From: an uncultured Gammaproteobacteria bacterium
Lineage (GTDB): Bacteria > Patescibacteriota > Microgenomatia > 2-02-FULL-39-11
DNA: 64,000 nucleotides
Direction of reading: 5' to 3'
Assembly (NCBI GenBank): GCA_964520615.1
Contig: CAZFNL010000011.1
Coordinates: 1,123 to 65,122 of the forward strand
Shown here: in pieces, positions 9,294 to 19,508 of the stretch
How the letters are laid out: each line of letters begins with the position of its first letter
Position numbering within the stretch: position 1 is the stretch's first letter
Program-made: the position numbers and the translations under genes
Notes under the pieces: generated by a model
Databases searched by the model: none
What the model was told of the DNA's origin: nothing
What the model saw: only the letters and a program-made list of their open reading frames with translations

Positions 9294-11525
9294 TTGATAT
9301 CAGTTTTACTACTGCCTATGGCAAGAAGATATAGAAGAAAAAAATTTCCAAAATTCAAACTCAAAGCACAGTCTGTCTTTACCATATTCACTATTCTTTT
9401 TATTGGTGCAGCTGCACTTACCACAATCTCCTTTTTTCAGTCCGGTACCAAATTGGGTCTCGTCCGCAATCTTCTTATAGATAAATTAGGTTGGGGCGGC
9501 ATGCTACTTCCGGTTGTTCTGGTAACATTCTCCTTCCTTTTTATGAAACTGAAATTATCCTTTACCCGCCCAAATGTTTCTCTTGGGGTTTTGTTAAGCT
9601 ATATCTGTCTTTTGGCACTTACCCGCGCGGGAAGTGTCGGTACGCAAATTTGGGAAAATTTTGCAGCGCTTGTCTCAGGTATTGGTGCATTCATTATACT
9701 TTTTGGAATGTTATGCATAGGGCTTATTGTACTTTTCAACACCTCAATAGATGAAATAGCAAAAACAATCAGTGAAATTGCAAAAAGCTTAAATAAAATG
9801 CTAGGTACCCTCCCAATATTTAATATGTCCTTCAAAAAATCAAAACCGCTTTTTGTGGAAAAATTACCCATCAAACCCCCTATTGACTATAAAAGAGAAG
9901 AACAAAAACCTGTCTCCTCCCAAAAGCCTAGTGGGCCAAACAACAAGCAAGTTGCTTCCTCAGTTTCAACCATCAATGGACAATCTCTCAACGCTACAAG
10001 CGGTTTACCGACAGACATTATTGCCAACGTCCCAGGCAGTCAAAATGTCTGGGAATATCCGCCTCTCTCACTTTTATCTTCTTCATTCGGGCAAAAAGCA
10101 GACCGGGGGGATATGAAACACAATGCCAGCACAATTGAGAAAACACTGGAAAGCTTTGGCATATCAGCAAAAGTGGTAGAAGTAAATATGGGTCCGGCAG
10201 TCACGCAGTATGCTCTTGAGATTGCCATGGGTACCAAACTTTCCAAAATTACCGCACTATCAAACGACCTGGCTTTGGCTCTTGCTGCCCCCACAGGACA
10301 AATAAGGATTGACGCACCTATTCCCGGCAGAAGTCTGGTAGGCATTGAAATTCCCAATAAATCGCTTGAGTTTGTTACACTACGGCATATGCTCTCTTCT
10401 GAAAACCTGAAAAGAAGTAAAGAGAAGCTTTTGGTTGCTTTGGGTCTTGATGTATCAGGTAATCCAGTTGCGGCAAATATTGCCAAAATGCCCCATGTTC
10501 TTATTGCCGGGACAACAGGCAGCGGAAAATCAGTCCTCATAAATACATGGATTTCATCACTTCTTTTTAGGACTAATCCGTCAGAAGTAAGACTCATACT
10601 AGTCGACCCCAAAAGAGTAGAACTCATTGGTTATAACGGTATCCCCCATCTTCTGACTCCCGTGATTGTAGAGCCTGATAAGATCCTTTCAGCCCTCAAA
10701 TGGGCCATGGGAGAGATGGATAAACGTTATAAGACTTTTTCTGAAGTGGGTGTGCGTAACATTGACGGCTTCAACGAACTGGCGGGTTTTCAGTCATTGC
10801 CTTATATAGTCATATTTATAGACGAATTGGCAGACCTTATGTCTTATGCCCCAGTTGAGGTAGAAGATTCCATCTGCCGTCTAGCTCAGATGGCAAGAGC
10901 CACAGGAATTCATCTTGTTGTCGCCACACAAAGGCCTTCTGTTGATGTTATTACAGGACTTATAAAAGCCAATATCCCTTCCAGAATTGCTTTTAACGTA
11001 TCATCCATGATTGATTCAAGAGTCATCCTGGACGTACCCGGAGCAGAGAAACTACTTGGACGCGGTGACATGCTCTATATCCCGCCTGAACAAGCCAAAG
11101 CCACCCGCATACAAGGCACTTATATCTCAGAACAGGAAGTACGCCAACTTGTAAATTTTCTTAAAAGTAAAAACATACCAGTACAATACACAGAAGAAGT
11201 TACCTCCATGCCACAGACCTGGAAAAAATCTTCTGGAAGTGGAGCGGGTAGCATGGCAACTGGGGAAGACGATGGGAAGGATGCAATGTTCCAGGAAGCT
11301 ATACAAATAGTCTGCCAATATGATAAGGCTTCGGCTTCCCTCCTGCAAAGAAAATTAAAGATCGGGTATGCCAGAGCCGCAAGGATACTAGACCAGCTGG
11401 AAGAGGAAGGAATTGTCGGACCGGGAGAAGGTTCTAAACCCAGAGACGTCCTCATGCACAACGCAGAAGAGTATTTAGCATCACATACCAATCCAACAGC
11501 TTCTTCCGAACAACAAACATTGTAG
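9294..11525 (+). CDS. ftsK: DNA translocase FtsK/SpoIIIE
   Basis: N-terminal 4-5 TM helices, P-loop GTTGSGKS, IVIFIDELADLM, VATQRPSVDVITG, and a C-terminal gamma winged-helix (LLQRKLKIGYARAARILDQLEEEGIVGP). Confidence 0.85.
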   Translation: MISVLLLPMARRYRRKKFPKFKLKAQSVFTIFTILFIGAAALTTISFFQSGTKLGLVRNLLIDKLGWGGMLLPVVLVTFSFLFMKLKLSFTRPNVSLGVLLSYICLLALTRAGSVGTQIWENFAALVSGIGAFIILFGMLCIGLIVLFNTSIDEIAKTISEIAKSLNKMLGTLPIFNMSFKKSKPLFVEKLPIKPPIDYKREEQKPVSSQKPSGPNNKQVASSVSTINGQSLNATSGLPTDIIANVPGSQNVWEYPPLSLLSSSFGQKADRGDMKHNASTIEKTLESFGISAKVVEVNMGPAVTQYALEIAMGTKLSKITALSNDLALALAAPTGQIRIDAPIPGRSLVGIEIPNKSLEFVTLRHMLSSENLKRSKEKLLVALGLDVSGNPVAANIAKMPHVLIAGTTGSGKSVLINTWISSLLFRTNPSEVRLILVDPKRVELIGYNGIPHLLTPVIVEPDKILSALKWAMGEMDKRYKTFSEVGVRNIDGFNELAGFQSLPYIVIFIDELADLMSYAPVEVEDSICRLAQMARATGIHLVVATQRPSVDVITGLIKANIPSRIAFNVSSMIDSRVILDVPGAEKLLGRGDMLYIPPEQAKATRIQGTYISEQEVRQLVNFLKSKNIPVQYTEEVTSMPQTWKKSSGSGAGSMATGEDDGKDAMFQEAIQIVCQYDKASASLLQRKLKIGYARAARILDQLEEEGIVGPGEGSKPRDVLMHNAEEYLASHTNPTASSEQQTL

Positions 11526-11538
11526 TGTATAGATACTT

Positions 11539-12180
11539 ATGCGCACAGTCGGAGACATTCTCAAAAAAGCCAGACTGGAAAAGAAACTGGAATTTGAAGA
11601 AATCGAAAAACATTTGAAGATTAGGGGGAAATACCTCCAGGCTCTCGAAGAAAACAATTGGAACCAGTTGCCGTCTCTTCCTTATATCAAAGGATTCTTG
11701 CGCAACTACAGTTCTTACCTGGATCTGAAACCTGATGAGATGTTAGCAATTTTCCGCAGGCAATTCACCCAACAACAAAAATCAGGTCTCCTTCCTAATG
11801 GATTATCTCAACCCTTGAATGAACCGCTAATAAAACTGACTCCCCATATAATTGTAACAGGTATAATTATTTCCTTTCTTCTACTTTTCTTCGGTTATCT
11901 GGCTTTCCAATACAATTCTTATACCAGCCCCCCCAACCTGACTATCACAAAACCACAAGAGGGAGAGGTAATAAAATCAGACAAGGTGCAAGTCACTGGC
12001 CAAACAGACACCGACGCTGTCGTTTCAGTCAACGGCCAGAAGATTGCAGTTCTTGCAGGCGGCAATTTCTCAACCACCCTTATACTTGTCCCGGGAGTAA
12101 ACACTATCACGATAGATTCAACAAGCAAATATGGTAAAAAAAAGACTTTAACCAGAACGGTACAAATCTCAGAAAATTAG
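11539..12180 (+). CDS. RodZ-like cytoskeleton protein (HTH + TM + C-terminal beta domain)
   Basis: N-terminal XRE-like HTH (ILKKARLEKKLEFEEIEKHLKIRGKYLQALE), a single TM, and a C-terminal DUF4115-like domain. Confidence 0.6.
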   Translation: MRTVGDILKKARLEKKLEFEEIEKHLKIRGKYLQALEENNWNQLPSLPYIKGFLRNYSSYLDLKPDEMLAIFRRQFTQQQKSGLLPNGLSQPLNEPLIKLTPHIIVTGIIISFLLLFFGYLAFQYNSYTSPPNLTITKPQEGEVIKSDKVQVTGQTDTDAVVSVNGQKIAVLAGGNFSTTLILVPGVNTITIDSTSKYGKKKTLTRTVQISEN

Positions 12181-12321
12181 CATTCAGCCAAACAGCACAA
12201 AGAGCGGCAGGAGATATGATCCAAGAAAGTAAATTCTCCATCAAAACTGATACCTTTTGTACGGTTGACTGTAATGATATCTAAATATTAAAATGTTATA
12301 ACCTATTTAATACACCTGCCT

Positions 12322-12585
12322 ATGATTGATCCGACACAAATACTTCTTTTTTCAGTAGTCATCATACTCACAGCCATTGTTGTTCTAATAGGTTGGCAAA
12401 TCTTTTCTATCCTCTCTGAAATTAGGAAAATGCTTTCAAAAGTAAACATGATGGTTGATGGTGCAGTTTCCATTTCCGGCAACATCGGCAAATCATTCAA
12501 GGATCTGAGCGGATTTTCTGAGGGAGTAAAAACGGTATTGGGTTTTTTAAAGATATTCAAAAGGAAAGGGAAAAAAGATGAGTGA
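12322..12585 (+). CDS. Small membrane protein, hypothetical
   Basis: 87 aa with one N-terminal TM helix. Overlaps the start of the downstream YtxH-like gene. Confidence 0.35.
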   Translation: MIDPTQILLFSVVIILTAIVVLIGWQIFSILSEIRKMLSKVNMMVDGAVSISGNIGKSFKDLSGFSEGVKTVLGFLKIFKRKGKKDE

Positions 12586-12970
12586 CGACAAAAATGGTGG
12601 AAATTTTTGGCTGGGTTTTTTCCTTGGTGGTCTTATAGGCGGCTTTATCATATTCATGCTTGGTACAAAAGAGGGAAAAAAGAAACTGGAAAAGTTACTG
12701 GACCAGGCTGAAGTCTATGAGGAGGAAATTGAGGAGAAAGTGTCCAATCTCCAGAAACAGGGAGAAAAACTTCTGGCTGAAACGGAAGATATAAAGGAAA
12801 AAGTGGTGAAGAAGATGGCTGATAAGAAGGAAATCGTCTCTGATTCATTTACTGATAAAATGGACCAGACTCTAAGTAAAATTGAGGAAGTGCAAAAGAA
12901 GGGTATGGCCCTCACTCAGGATATCAGGCACCGTTATTTCAAGAAGAACGGAAAAACCCTCAACACCTGA
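12578..12970 (+). CDS. YtxH-like membrane protein (DUF948-type)
   Basis: Gly-rich TM (GFFLGGLIGGFIIFMLGTKEGKKKLE) followed by a charged coiled coil, as in YtxH. Confidence 0.5.
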   Translation: MSDDKNGGNFWLGFFLGGLIGGFIIFMLGTKEGKKKLEKLLDQAEVYEEEIEEKVSNLQKQGEKLLAETEDIKEKVVKKMADKKEIVSDSFTDKMDQTLSKIEEVQKKGMALTQDIRHRYFKKNGKTLNT

Positions 12971-13026
12971 TTTATCCATCCCGCATTATAGCGAAAATAG
13001 ATATTTCTATACGCCAAGAAGAAAAT

Positions 13027-13527
13027 TCAGCTCCTGATTTTATCTACCCTACATTCTTTTATCGCCCTATCCATTACGGAAAGCATTTCATTTATAATCT
13101 CTTCCGCTTCAGAAAGTGCCAGTGCCCTTAAGTTATGCTGAAAATAATGGAACACCTGATTCCTGCCTCTTTTCCAAACATTCCATAATTCATCGGCCAA
13201 CTCCCTATCACCACACTTTCTTACTATTTTGTCATATGCTGACCACCGGCGCAGCTGTCTTTCCAATTGAGGATTTAATGCCCTGCCAATTCTGAAATGA
13301 TCACTACCATATTCCTTGGCGCTTATAAATCCGCTATCAAGAAAAAACTTCTTGAGGAATCCTTCGTAGGCTTTAGCAAAAGGAAAAACCAAATAGGAAT
13401 AATCGGTTATGTTCTCATCGGGATGTTCTTTTAGATCATTTAGAAGGTATATTCCTTCGTCAATCAGTCCTTTTTGCCCATCCGAAAGATATTTCCATAA
13501 AAATGAGCTTTTGTCAATTGCAAACAT
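13027..13527 (-). CDS. Hypothetical protein with candidate HEPN motif (R-x4-H-x-Y)
   Basis: 166 aa. C-terminal half carries RNQVFHYF (Rx4HxY), the HEPN RNase signature. Gene lies 21 nt downstream of thrC on the same strand. Confidence 0.4.
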   Translation of the reverse strand: MFAIDKSSFLWKYLSDGQKGLIDEGIYLLNDLKEHPDENITDYSYLVFPFAKAYEGFLKKFFLDSGFISAKEYGSDHFRIGRALNPQLERQLRRWSAYDKIVRKCGDRELADELWNVWKRGRNQVFHYFQHNLRALALSEAEEIINEMLSVMDRAIKECRVDKIRS

Positions 13528-13548
13528 GTGATAGAAAGTATTCTAATT

Positions 13549-15081
13549 TTACCATCTTTTCAAAGATTGCATAATTGCTCTTTCCACTGATTCTTTTCCG
13601 GATGCATACTTTCTCTTGAATCTAATTTTTTTGTTTTTTAGATTGGCAATATTTGGAGGAATAGTAATGCTGGGAAAAAGAATGGTAATTTTTTTTAGGA
13701 TCTTGAACTCATCTTCTTTTGATCCAAAGCCTGATAATGCCTTATAGACATCTTTGGCAAACTTTGCCCAATGCGCGGTGGAACAAATTACTACCGGCTT
13801 AGGAGAGCCGTATTTATTCTGATACCTTTCTGCTACTGCTTGGGCTACTGCAGTATGCGGATCAAGAAGATAATTTGTTTCATTGTATGTCTTTTTTATT
13901 GTTGCTAAACAATCTTTATTTGATACCCAATCGGCAAAGAAATTTTCTTTTAATCTACGCAGTGTCTCACTGTCCACTTTGAAAAAATTGTTATTTTTCA
14001 ATTGACTCATCCAAAAATTCACCTTTTCAACATCATAAGTCAACTCATATAACAACCGCTCCAAATTACTACCCACTAGTATACTCATAGCTGGAGAGGG
14101 GGTTTTTACCAATTTTCTTTTTCTGATGTCATACACGCCTGTTTTCAGAAATTCACTATAGACATTATTTTCATTATTTGCACAGATAAGCCTGCCAACG
14201 GGCAATCCCATAATCTTGGCATAATAGGCGGCCAGAATATTGCCGAAATTCCCCGTAGGAACTGCAATATCTATCCTCTCCCCAAAACTTATCCTTTTCT
14301 CGTTAACCAAATCCAGATAACTTTTTACATGATAAACAATCTGAGGAAATAGCCTTCCCCAATTTATGGAATTGGCAGAAGAAAGTAAGACATTTTTCTC
14401 CAACAGCAGTTTTTCATTAAATTCCTTATCATTGAATAATTCCTTTACACTTTTTTGTACATCGTCAAAATTACCTTGAATTCCGTATACAGCAACATTT
14501 TTCCCTTTCTGCGTGATCATGGATAATTCCTGCAAACTTGATACTCCTTTATAGGGATAAAAGACCACAATTGATATCCCCTCCTTATTGGCATATCCTT
14601 CAAGAGCCGCTTTTCCCGTATCTCCTGAGGTGGCTACAACAATCAGGTAGTTTGGCTGTCTTAACCCTTTCTTTAACCGATGTATTTTTTCTTTTTTCTG
14701 GCTTTCGGTAAACAAATGAGTGGTAAACTGCAAAGCAATATCCTTAAACGCCAAAGTGGGACCATGCCAAAGTTCTAAAAGATATTGATTATCCCTAAGT
14801 TTAATTAAGGGAGTAATCCTCGTATCGTCAAAATTATCTGAATAGGCGCGATAAATCAGCTTTTTTAACAAATCATGATCAAAATCAGTCTTGAACAAAT
14901 CACAAACAGAAAGACACGTATCCTGATAGGAACCATTTAATAAAGGCTTTAACTTTTTTAATGAAAAATGTGGCAATCTCTCAGGTACAAAAAGTCCTCC
15001 ATCTCCTGCAATTCCTTTTAGTATCGTTTCAGAAAATGTGTATATTTTTTTGTCACCTCTTGTACTATGGTAGGAGATCAT
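13549..15081 (-). CDS. thrC: Threonine synthase (long form)
   Basis: PLP-lysine motif HGPTLAFKDIA at the expected position in a 510-aa protein. Overlaps thrB by 4 nt. Confidence 0.85.
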   Translation of the reverse strand: MISYHSTRGDKKIYTFSETILKGIAGDGGLFVPERLPHFSLKKLKPLLNGSYQDTCLSVCDLFKTDFDHDLLKKLIYRAYSDNFDDTRITPLIKLRDNQYLLELWHGPTLAFKDIALQFTTHLFTESQKKEKIHRLKKGLRQPNYLIVVATSGDTGKAALEGYANKEGISIVVFYPYKGVSSLQELSMITQKGKNVAVYGIQGNFDDVQKSVKELFNDKEFNEKLLLEKNVLLSSANSINWGRLFPQIVYHVKSYLDLVNEKRISFGERIDIAVPTGNFGNILAAYYAKIMGLPVGRLICANNENNVYSEFLKTGVYDIRKRKLVKTPSPAMSILVGSNLERLLYELTYDVEKVNFWMSQLKNNNFFKVDSETLRRLKENFFADWVSNKDCLATIKKTYNETNYLLDPHTAVAQAVAERYQNKYGSPKPVVICSTAHWAKFAKDVYKALSGFGSKEDEFKILKKITILFPSITIPPNIANLKNKKIRFKRKYASGKESVERAIMQSLKRW

Positions 15082-15992
15082 AATTCAATCAATTTTACTT
15101 CAGAACCTGTATTGGTAACATCAAGAACCAGAGTACTGCCTGAGATATTACCTTCTGCCGCCGCTTCAACCATATTTCTGGCGATAGCCTTAAAACGATG
15201 TCCTGCAAGAGCAATTATTGATGATCCGCCTCCTGAAAGTGCCGCTCCATAAGCTCCTTCAGAAAGTGCCGCAGCAATAATCCGCGGCATAAGAGGGAAC
15301 ACTTTTGTCCTTGCCGGCTGGTGAATCCTGTCTTCCATCGCAGTCCCAAGAAGGTGATAATTCCCTGACTGGAGTGCAGCCAGAAAAAGTGCTACACGCC
15401 CAGTGTTAAACACCACATCGTTTTTGTGATAGTGTGTCGGCATCAGTTTTCTGCCCGTTATAGTATCCATGGCAAAATCGGGCACAAAATAAACCGCCTT
15501 CAAATCCTGAGGGAAAGGTATTTTTATGTATGTAAGTTTTGCATCTTTTTTTGATGTAACAATGACCAGCCCTCCAAAAAGTGCCGGCGTCACGTTATCC
15601 GGATGCTTTCCGCGTTCAAGCTCAACTGCCATTGGCAGAAGTTCTTCAAAGGAAAAATGGTTATGCAAAAATGCGTTTGCTGCAAGAAGCCCGCCTACTA
15701 CCGCTGTTGCACTGCTGCCGAATCCCCTTCCCTGAGGTATCCCAAGATTCATCTCAATCCTCACTTGAGGAGTTACCTCTTTCAGTTTCTCAAATGGATA
15801 GATAAAAGACTGGTAAAAAAGGTTTTCTTTATTTTTAGGCAAACTGTTTAATCCTTTTATAACAATTCCAAAATTTTGCGCTTCTTCAACCAAAAACTCA
15901 TTATGAAGCCCAACAGCCAGACCAAAAATATCAAAACCCGGACCCAGATTTGCGGACGTTGCCGGTACTTTTATTTTTACTTTCATATTCAA
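15078..15992 (-). CDS. thrB: Homoserine kinase
   Basis: GHMP-kinase motif PATSANLGPGFD; 304 aa. Confidence 0.85.
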   Translation of the reverse strand: MNMKVKIKVPATSANLGPGFDIFGLAVGLHNEFLVEEAQNFGIVIKGLNSLPKNKENLFYQSFIYPFEKLKEVTPQVRIEMNLGIPQGRGFGSSATAVVGGLLAANAFLHNHFSFEELLPMAVELERGKHPDNVTPALFGGLVIVTSKKDAKLTYIKIPFPQDLKAVYFVPDFAMDTITGRKLMPTHYHKNDVVFNTGRVALFLAALQSGNYHLLGTAMEDRIHQPARTKVFPLMPRIIAAALSEGAYGAALSGGGSSIIALAGHRFKAIARNMVEAAAEGNISGSTLVLDVTNTGSEVKLIEL

Positions 15993-16118
15993 TGAGACTA
16001 GAAAAATTCAAACAACTAACGACTGAATAGAATTTTTCGTAAGTCGAATTAATCCCGAGCGCTAGCGAGAGATTTCAATGATAACTAATTCTTAATAAAC
16101 TGTTAACTTCACGTTATT

Positions 16119-17222
16119 TCAAACCGATAGATATCCTTTTTTATAAAGAAGTTCCGCGATAAGAACTGCACCCCCCGCTGCTCCTCGTATGGTGTTGTGA
16201 GAAAGTGATACAAATTTCCAGTCAAAAAATGGATCTTCCCTGAATCTGCCACATGAGACAGTCATTCCTTTTCCCAAGTCTCTATCAAAATTTGTCTGGG
16301 GACGATCATCCTCGGAAAAATATTTTATGAACTGTTTGGGAGAAGATGGTAAATCCATTTCGGAAAGAGGATTGTCAAAATTATGTATTGCTTCAACTAT
16401 TTCCCCAAAAGTCGGCTTATTTTCAAACTTCACCGATACGGATGCCATATGTCCGTCAGTTACCGGTACTCTTATGCATGTTGCTGATATCTGCAAATTC
16501 TCTGCTTCTTTAATCCTGCCTTCCACCAAATCTCCAAGTATCTTTTGTGGTTCTCTTTCTGTTTTTTCCTCTTCGCCGCTTATAAAAGGGATAACATTAT
16601 CTACCATTTCCGGCCAGTCCGCAAAAGTTTTTCCGCCTCCTGAGATTGCCTGAAGAGTGGTTACCTCTACCAGTTTGGGCTTGAATTTCCGCAGAACATA
16701 CAACACAGGTACATAAGATTGGAGGGAGCAATTGGGTTTTACGACAATAAAACCTTTCGACCAACCCCTGTTTTTTCTCTGCGATTCGATTAACCTAAGA
16801 TGGTCTGGGTTTATTTCCGGAATCACCATAGGTATGTCTGATGCAAAACGGTTGCTAGAGTTGTTTGAAACTACCGCTATTCCCTCTTCTGCATATCTTT
16901 CTTCAATCCGCTTAACCCTGTCTTTATCTACATTCAAAGCGGAAAATACCAAATTGACACTTTTGGCAATTTTTTCAAAATCACCTTCAACGTCATAGAT
17001 ACTCATCTTCTTTACCGTTTCTGGCATATCCGTATTCAATTTCCATCGCCTCTCAATAGCCTGCCCGTAAGTCATACCGGCGGAGCGGGCTGAGGCTGCC
17101 AGACATACAACCTCAAACCACGGATGGTTATGGAGCATGCTGACAAATCGCTGTCCCACCATGCCTGTCGCGCCCAAAATTCCTACCCTCACTTTATGCA
17201 CAACTCTTCCTTTTGCTTTCAT
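16119..17222 (-). CDS. asd: Aspartate-semialdehyde dehydrogenase
   Basis: NAD-binding VGILGATGMVGQ, active-site Cys in KPNCSLQ, and the C-terminal dimerisation domain. Confidence 0.85.
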   Translation of the reverse strand: MKAKGRVVHKVRVGILGATGMVGQRFVSMLHNHPWFEVVCLAASARSAGMTYGQAIERRWKLNTDMPETVKKMSIYDVEGDFEKIAKSVNLVFSALNVDKDRVKRIEERYAEEGIAVVSNNSSNRFASDIPMVIPEINPDHLRLIESQRKNRGWSKGFIVVKPNCSLQSYVPVLYVLRKFKPKLVEVTTLQAISGGGKTFADWPEMVDNVIPFISGEEEKTEREPQKILGDLVEGRIKEAENLQISATCIRVPVTDGHMASVSVKFENKPTFGEIVEAIHNFDNPLSEMDLPSSPKQFIKYFSEDDRPQTNFDRDLGKGMTVSCGRFREDPFFDWKFVSLSHNTIRGAAGGAVLIAELLYKKGYLSV

Positions 17223-17225
17223 AAA

Positions 17226-18275
17226 TTACGAATGATAAATAAACTTTGCAGCTTCCAGGACGTCGGCTAGAACCCCTTCTGCTGTCACGCTGACACCCGC
17301 ACCGGGACCTTTCACAACTAGTGGATTTTTATCATATCTTTTTGTTTTAAAAACTATAATATTGTCTGGTCCTTTCAAATTTCCCACGTCACCATTTTTT
17401 TCTACTTCCTCCATACCGATGGTACAGGAATTTACCGTGACGCTTGCCACATACCTTAAAGTCATTGATCTTTCCCCAGCCATATAAATTTTCTTTTTGT
17501 ATTCATCATCAAACCGACCAATTGTTTCCATAAATTTATCTACAGTCAGTCCATCCATATTCCGGGGATATAAACTTTCAATTTTAATATCCTCTATTTC
17601 AATCCTCCTGCCCAAAAGTCTGGCAAGAATTAACGCTTTCCTTGCTACATCCATTCCAGAAAGGTCATCTCTGGGATCCGGTTCTGTAAAACCTTTTTCT
17701 TTGGCCTGTTCTACTGCTTGAGAAAATAACATCCCTTCCTCCAGATGGAAGAATATGTATCCGAGTGTACCGCTGAAACAACCTTTTATCTCAGAAATAC
17801 TGTCACCGGTATCGATAAAATTATTTAATGTAGAAATAACCGGTAAAGCCGCTCCGACTGTCGTCTCAAAAAATAATTTTCTTCCAAAATATTCCTCCAA
17901 TCGGTCAAATTGCTTTTGACTCTGCGTAAATGGCTTTTTGTTGGATGTGACTACATATCCGCCATTGCTGAGGGTTAACATAAACAATTCGAGTGTCTTA
18001 TCAGATGCCGTCGTATCAATCAGGATAAACGGATCAACAACTACTTTTAACGCCTTTTTTACATCTACTCCGGAGGATGTTTTTGGGAAACTTTTTATCT
18101 TATTTTCAGATAAGCCCTCCGCATCAAAAACACCTCCTTTTGAACCGAACATACCGCAATAATTCAAAAATATCCCATACTTCCTTTTCCAAGAAGGATT
18201 TACTTCCTCTATCTCCCTGATAAGTTCTTTTCCTACATTACCGATACCCAAATGAATGATGTTAATCTTGTGCAC
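17226..18275 (-). CDS. hom: Homoserine dehydrogenase
   Basis: N-terminal IIHLGIGNVG Rossmann motif and a Hom catalytic domain; 349 aa. Confidence 0.8.
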   Translation of the reverse strand: MHKINIIHLGIGNVGKELIREIEEVNPSWKRKYGIFLNYCGMFGSKGGVFDAEGLSENKIKSFPKTSSGVDVKKALKVVVDPFILIDTTASDKTLELFMLTLSNGGYVVTSNKKPFTQSQKQFDRLEEYFGRKLFFETTVGAALPVISTLNNFIDTGDSISEIKGCFSGTLGYIFFHLEEGMLFSQAVEQAKEKGFTEPDPRDDLSGMDVARKALILARLLGRRIEIEDIKIESLYPRNMDGLTVDKFMETIGRFDDEYKKKIYMAGERSMTLRYVASVTVNSCTIGMEEVEKNGDVGNLKGPDNIIVFKTKRYDKNPLVVKGPGAGVSVTAEGVLADVLEAAKFIYHS

Positions 18276-19176
18276 TTGTTACTCCTTTCCAGATTTTTGT
18301 TCCTGCAAATTCCGGCCTGAACGTATTTTTTACCCAGACGGTAATTTCTTTTTCGGCTACCGGCTTCAGAGCTTGAGGATGCAGCACTTTTGCCCCTTTT
18401 TGAGCCATATCCAAAGCATCAACATAAGAAATCTCGGCAATAAATTTCGCGTTACTACCCTTTTTGGGATCGCCGTTAAATAACCCATCCACTTCTTTCC
18501 ATAAAACCACTTCGGAAGCATCCAAGGCATATGCAAGAATTGTAGCGGTATAATCTGATCCTCCTCTGCCCAACGTTACGACCTTTCCTTCTCTTGTACC
18601 CCCATAAAATCCTGTCACAACAGGAGTTACGCCTTTGAAAATGAGTTTGTAAATCAGCTGTTCCGTCATTTCCCGTGTCTCCTCAAAATTGACTTTGTAA
18701 TTGCCGCTCTCATTCGACATAAGTATCAGCTTCCCACTATCTACTTCCCGTGCTCTCACTTTTATGTGTTGCAGTACGGCTGAAAGCAGAATGCAACTGA
18801 GCCTTTCCCCAAACGAAACCACATAATCATAACCGCAATCTGCAAGTCCCTTCTTAAAAGTCAGACAAGTGATAAGTCTTCCGAAAAGTCTGACTAATTT
18901 TTCGTGGGTTTCTTCATACATTTCCCTTCTCAATTTCAGACCAACCAGTGTTTCAAGATGCAATGTGTAAAGATTGTTTAGCCCTTCATAGGCATCAGCA
19001 TACCGGCCATCCTTATAAAAATTGTAGACATCTATCAAAGTATCGGTGACACCACCCATTGCAGAAACCACAACCACCACATGACCACCTGAAGAGTGGT
19101 TTTTTATGATATCCGCAACTCTTAATATATTTTGTGCTGACCCGACGGATGATCCGCCAAATTTCATGATTTTCAT
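18262..19176 (-). CDS. lysC: Aspartate kinase, short form without ACT regulatory domains
   Basis: MKIMKFGGSSVG ... VVVVSAMGGVTD amino-acid-kinase motifs. Only 304 aa, so the usual C-terminal ACT domains are absent. Confidence 0.8.
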   Translation of the reverse strand: MKIMKFGGSSVGSAQNILRVADIIKNHSSGGHVVVVVSAMGGVTDTLIDVYNFYKDGRYADAYEGLNNLYTLHLETLVGLKLRREMYEETHEKLVRLFGRLITCLTFKKGLADCGYDYVVSFGERLSCILLSAVLQHIKVRAREVDSGKLILMSNESGNYKVNFEETREMTEQLIYKLIFKGVTPVVTGFYGGTREGKVVTLGRGGSDYTATILAYALDASEVVLWKEVDGLFNGDPKKGSNAKFIAEISYVDALDMAQKGAKVLHPQALKPVAEKEITVWVKNTFRPEFAGTKIWKGVTSAQD

Positions 19177-19312
19177 TTCAGATTCCCCTTTTAGATCCTT
19201 ATGCGCTTATTAATTTGTGTTGTCTTTAGTCCACACTTCACAAGAAATTGAATACAAAATAATGACCAGATTAATTCATCTTTATCATATTTGATTTGTG
19301 AACTGACCAACA

Positions 19313-19340
19313 AAAAAGACCTCCTTTTAGGAGGTCTCGT
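19313..19340 (-). terminator. Rho-independent terminator downstream of sortase gene (minus strand)
   Basis: On the plus strand: AAAAAAGACCTCC-TTTT-AGGAGGTCT. The reverse complement gives a hairpin followed by a U-tract, 170 nt after the 19509 stop. Confidence 0.5.
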
Positions 19341-19508
19341 CAATTACTTATTATATTCCTACTACGAAACCTCCTTCAAAGAAGGACCAATAGTAGTAGT
19401 GACAATAATAAGGCTTTTTACTTTTAACATATTTTAATTTGAGCTATTCTAACGCAATCTTTTGCATATTGTCAAGAGGTATTATTGTTATTTCACCGTC
19501 CTATAAGC

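Noticed and set aside
19177-19320. Lysine riboswitch or T-box upstream of lysC
   Set aside because: No GGTGGTACCGCG-like T-box core or L-box conserved helices in the reverse-complement upstream sequence.
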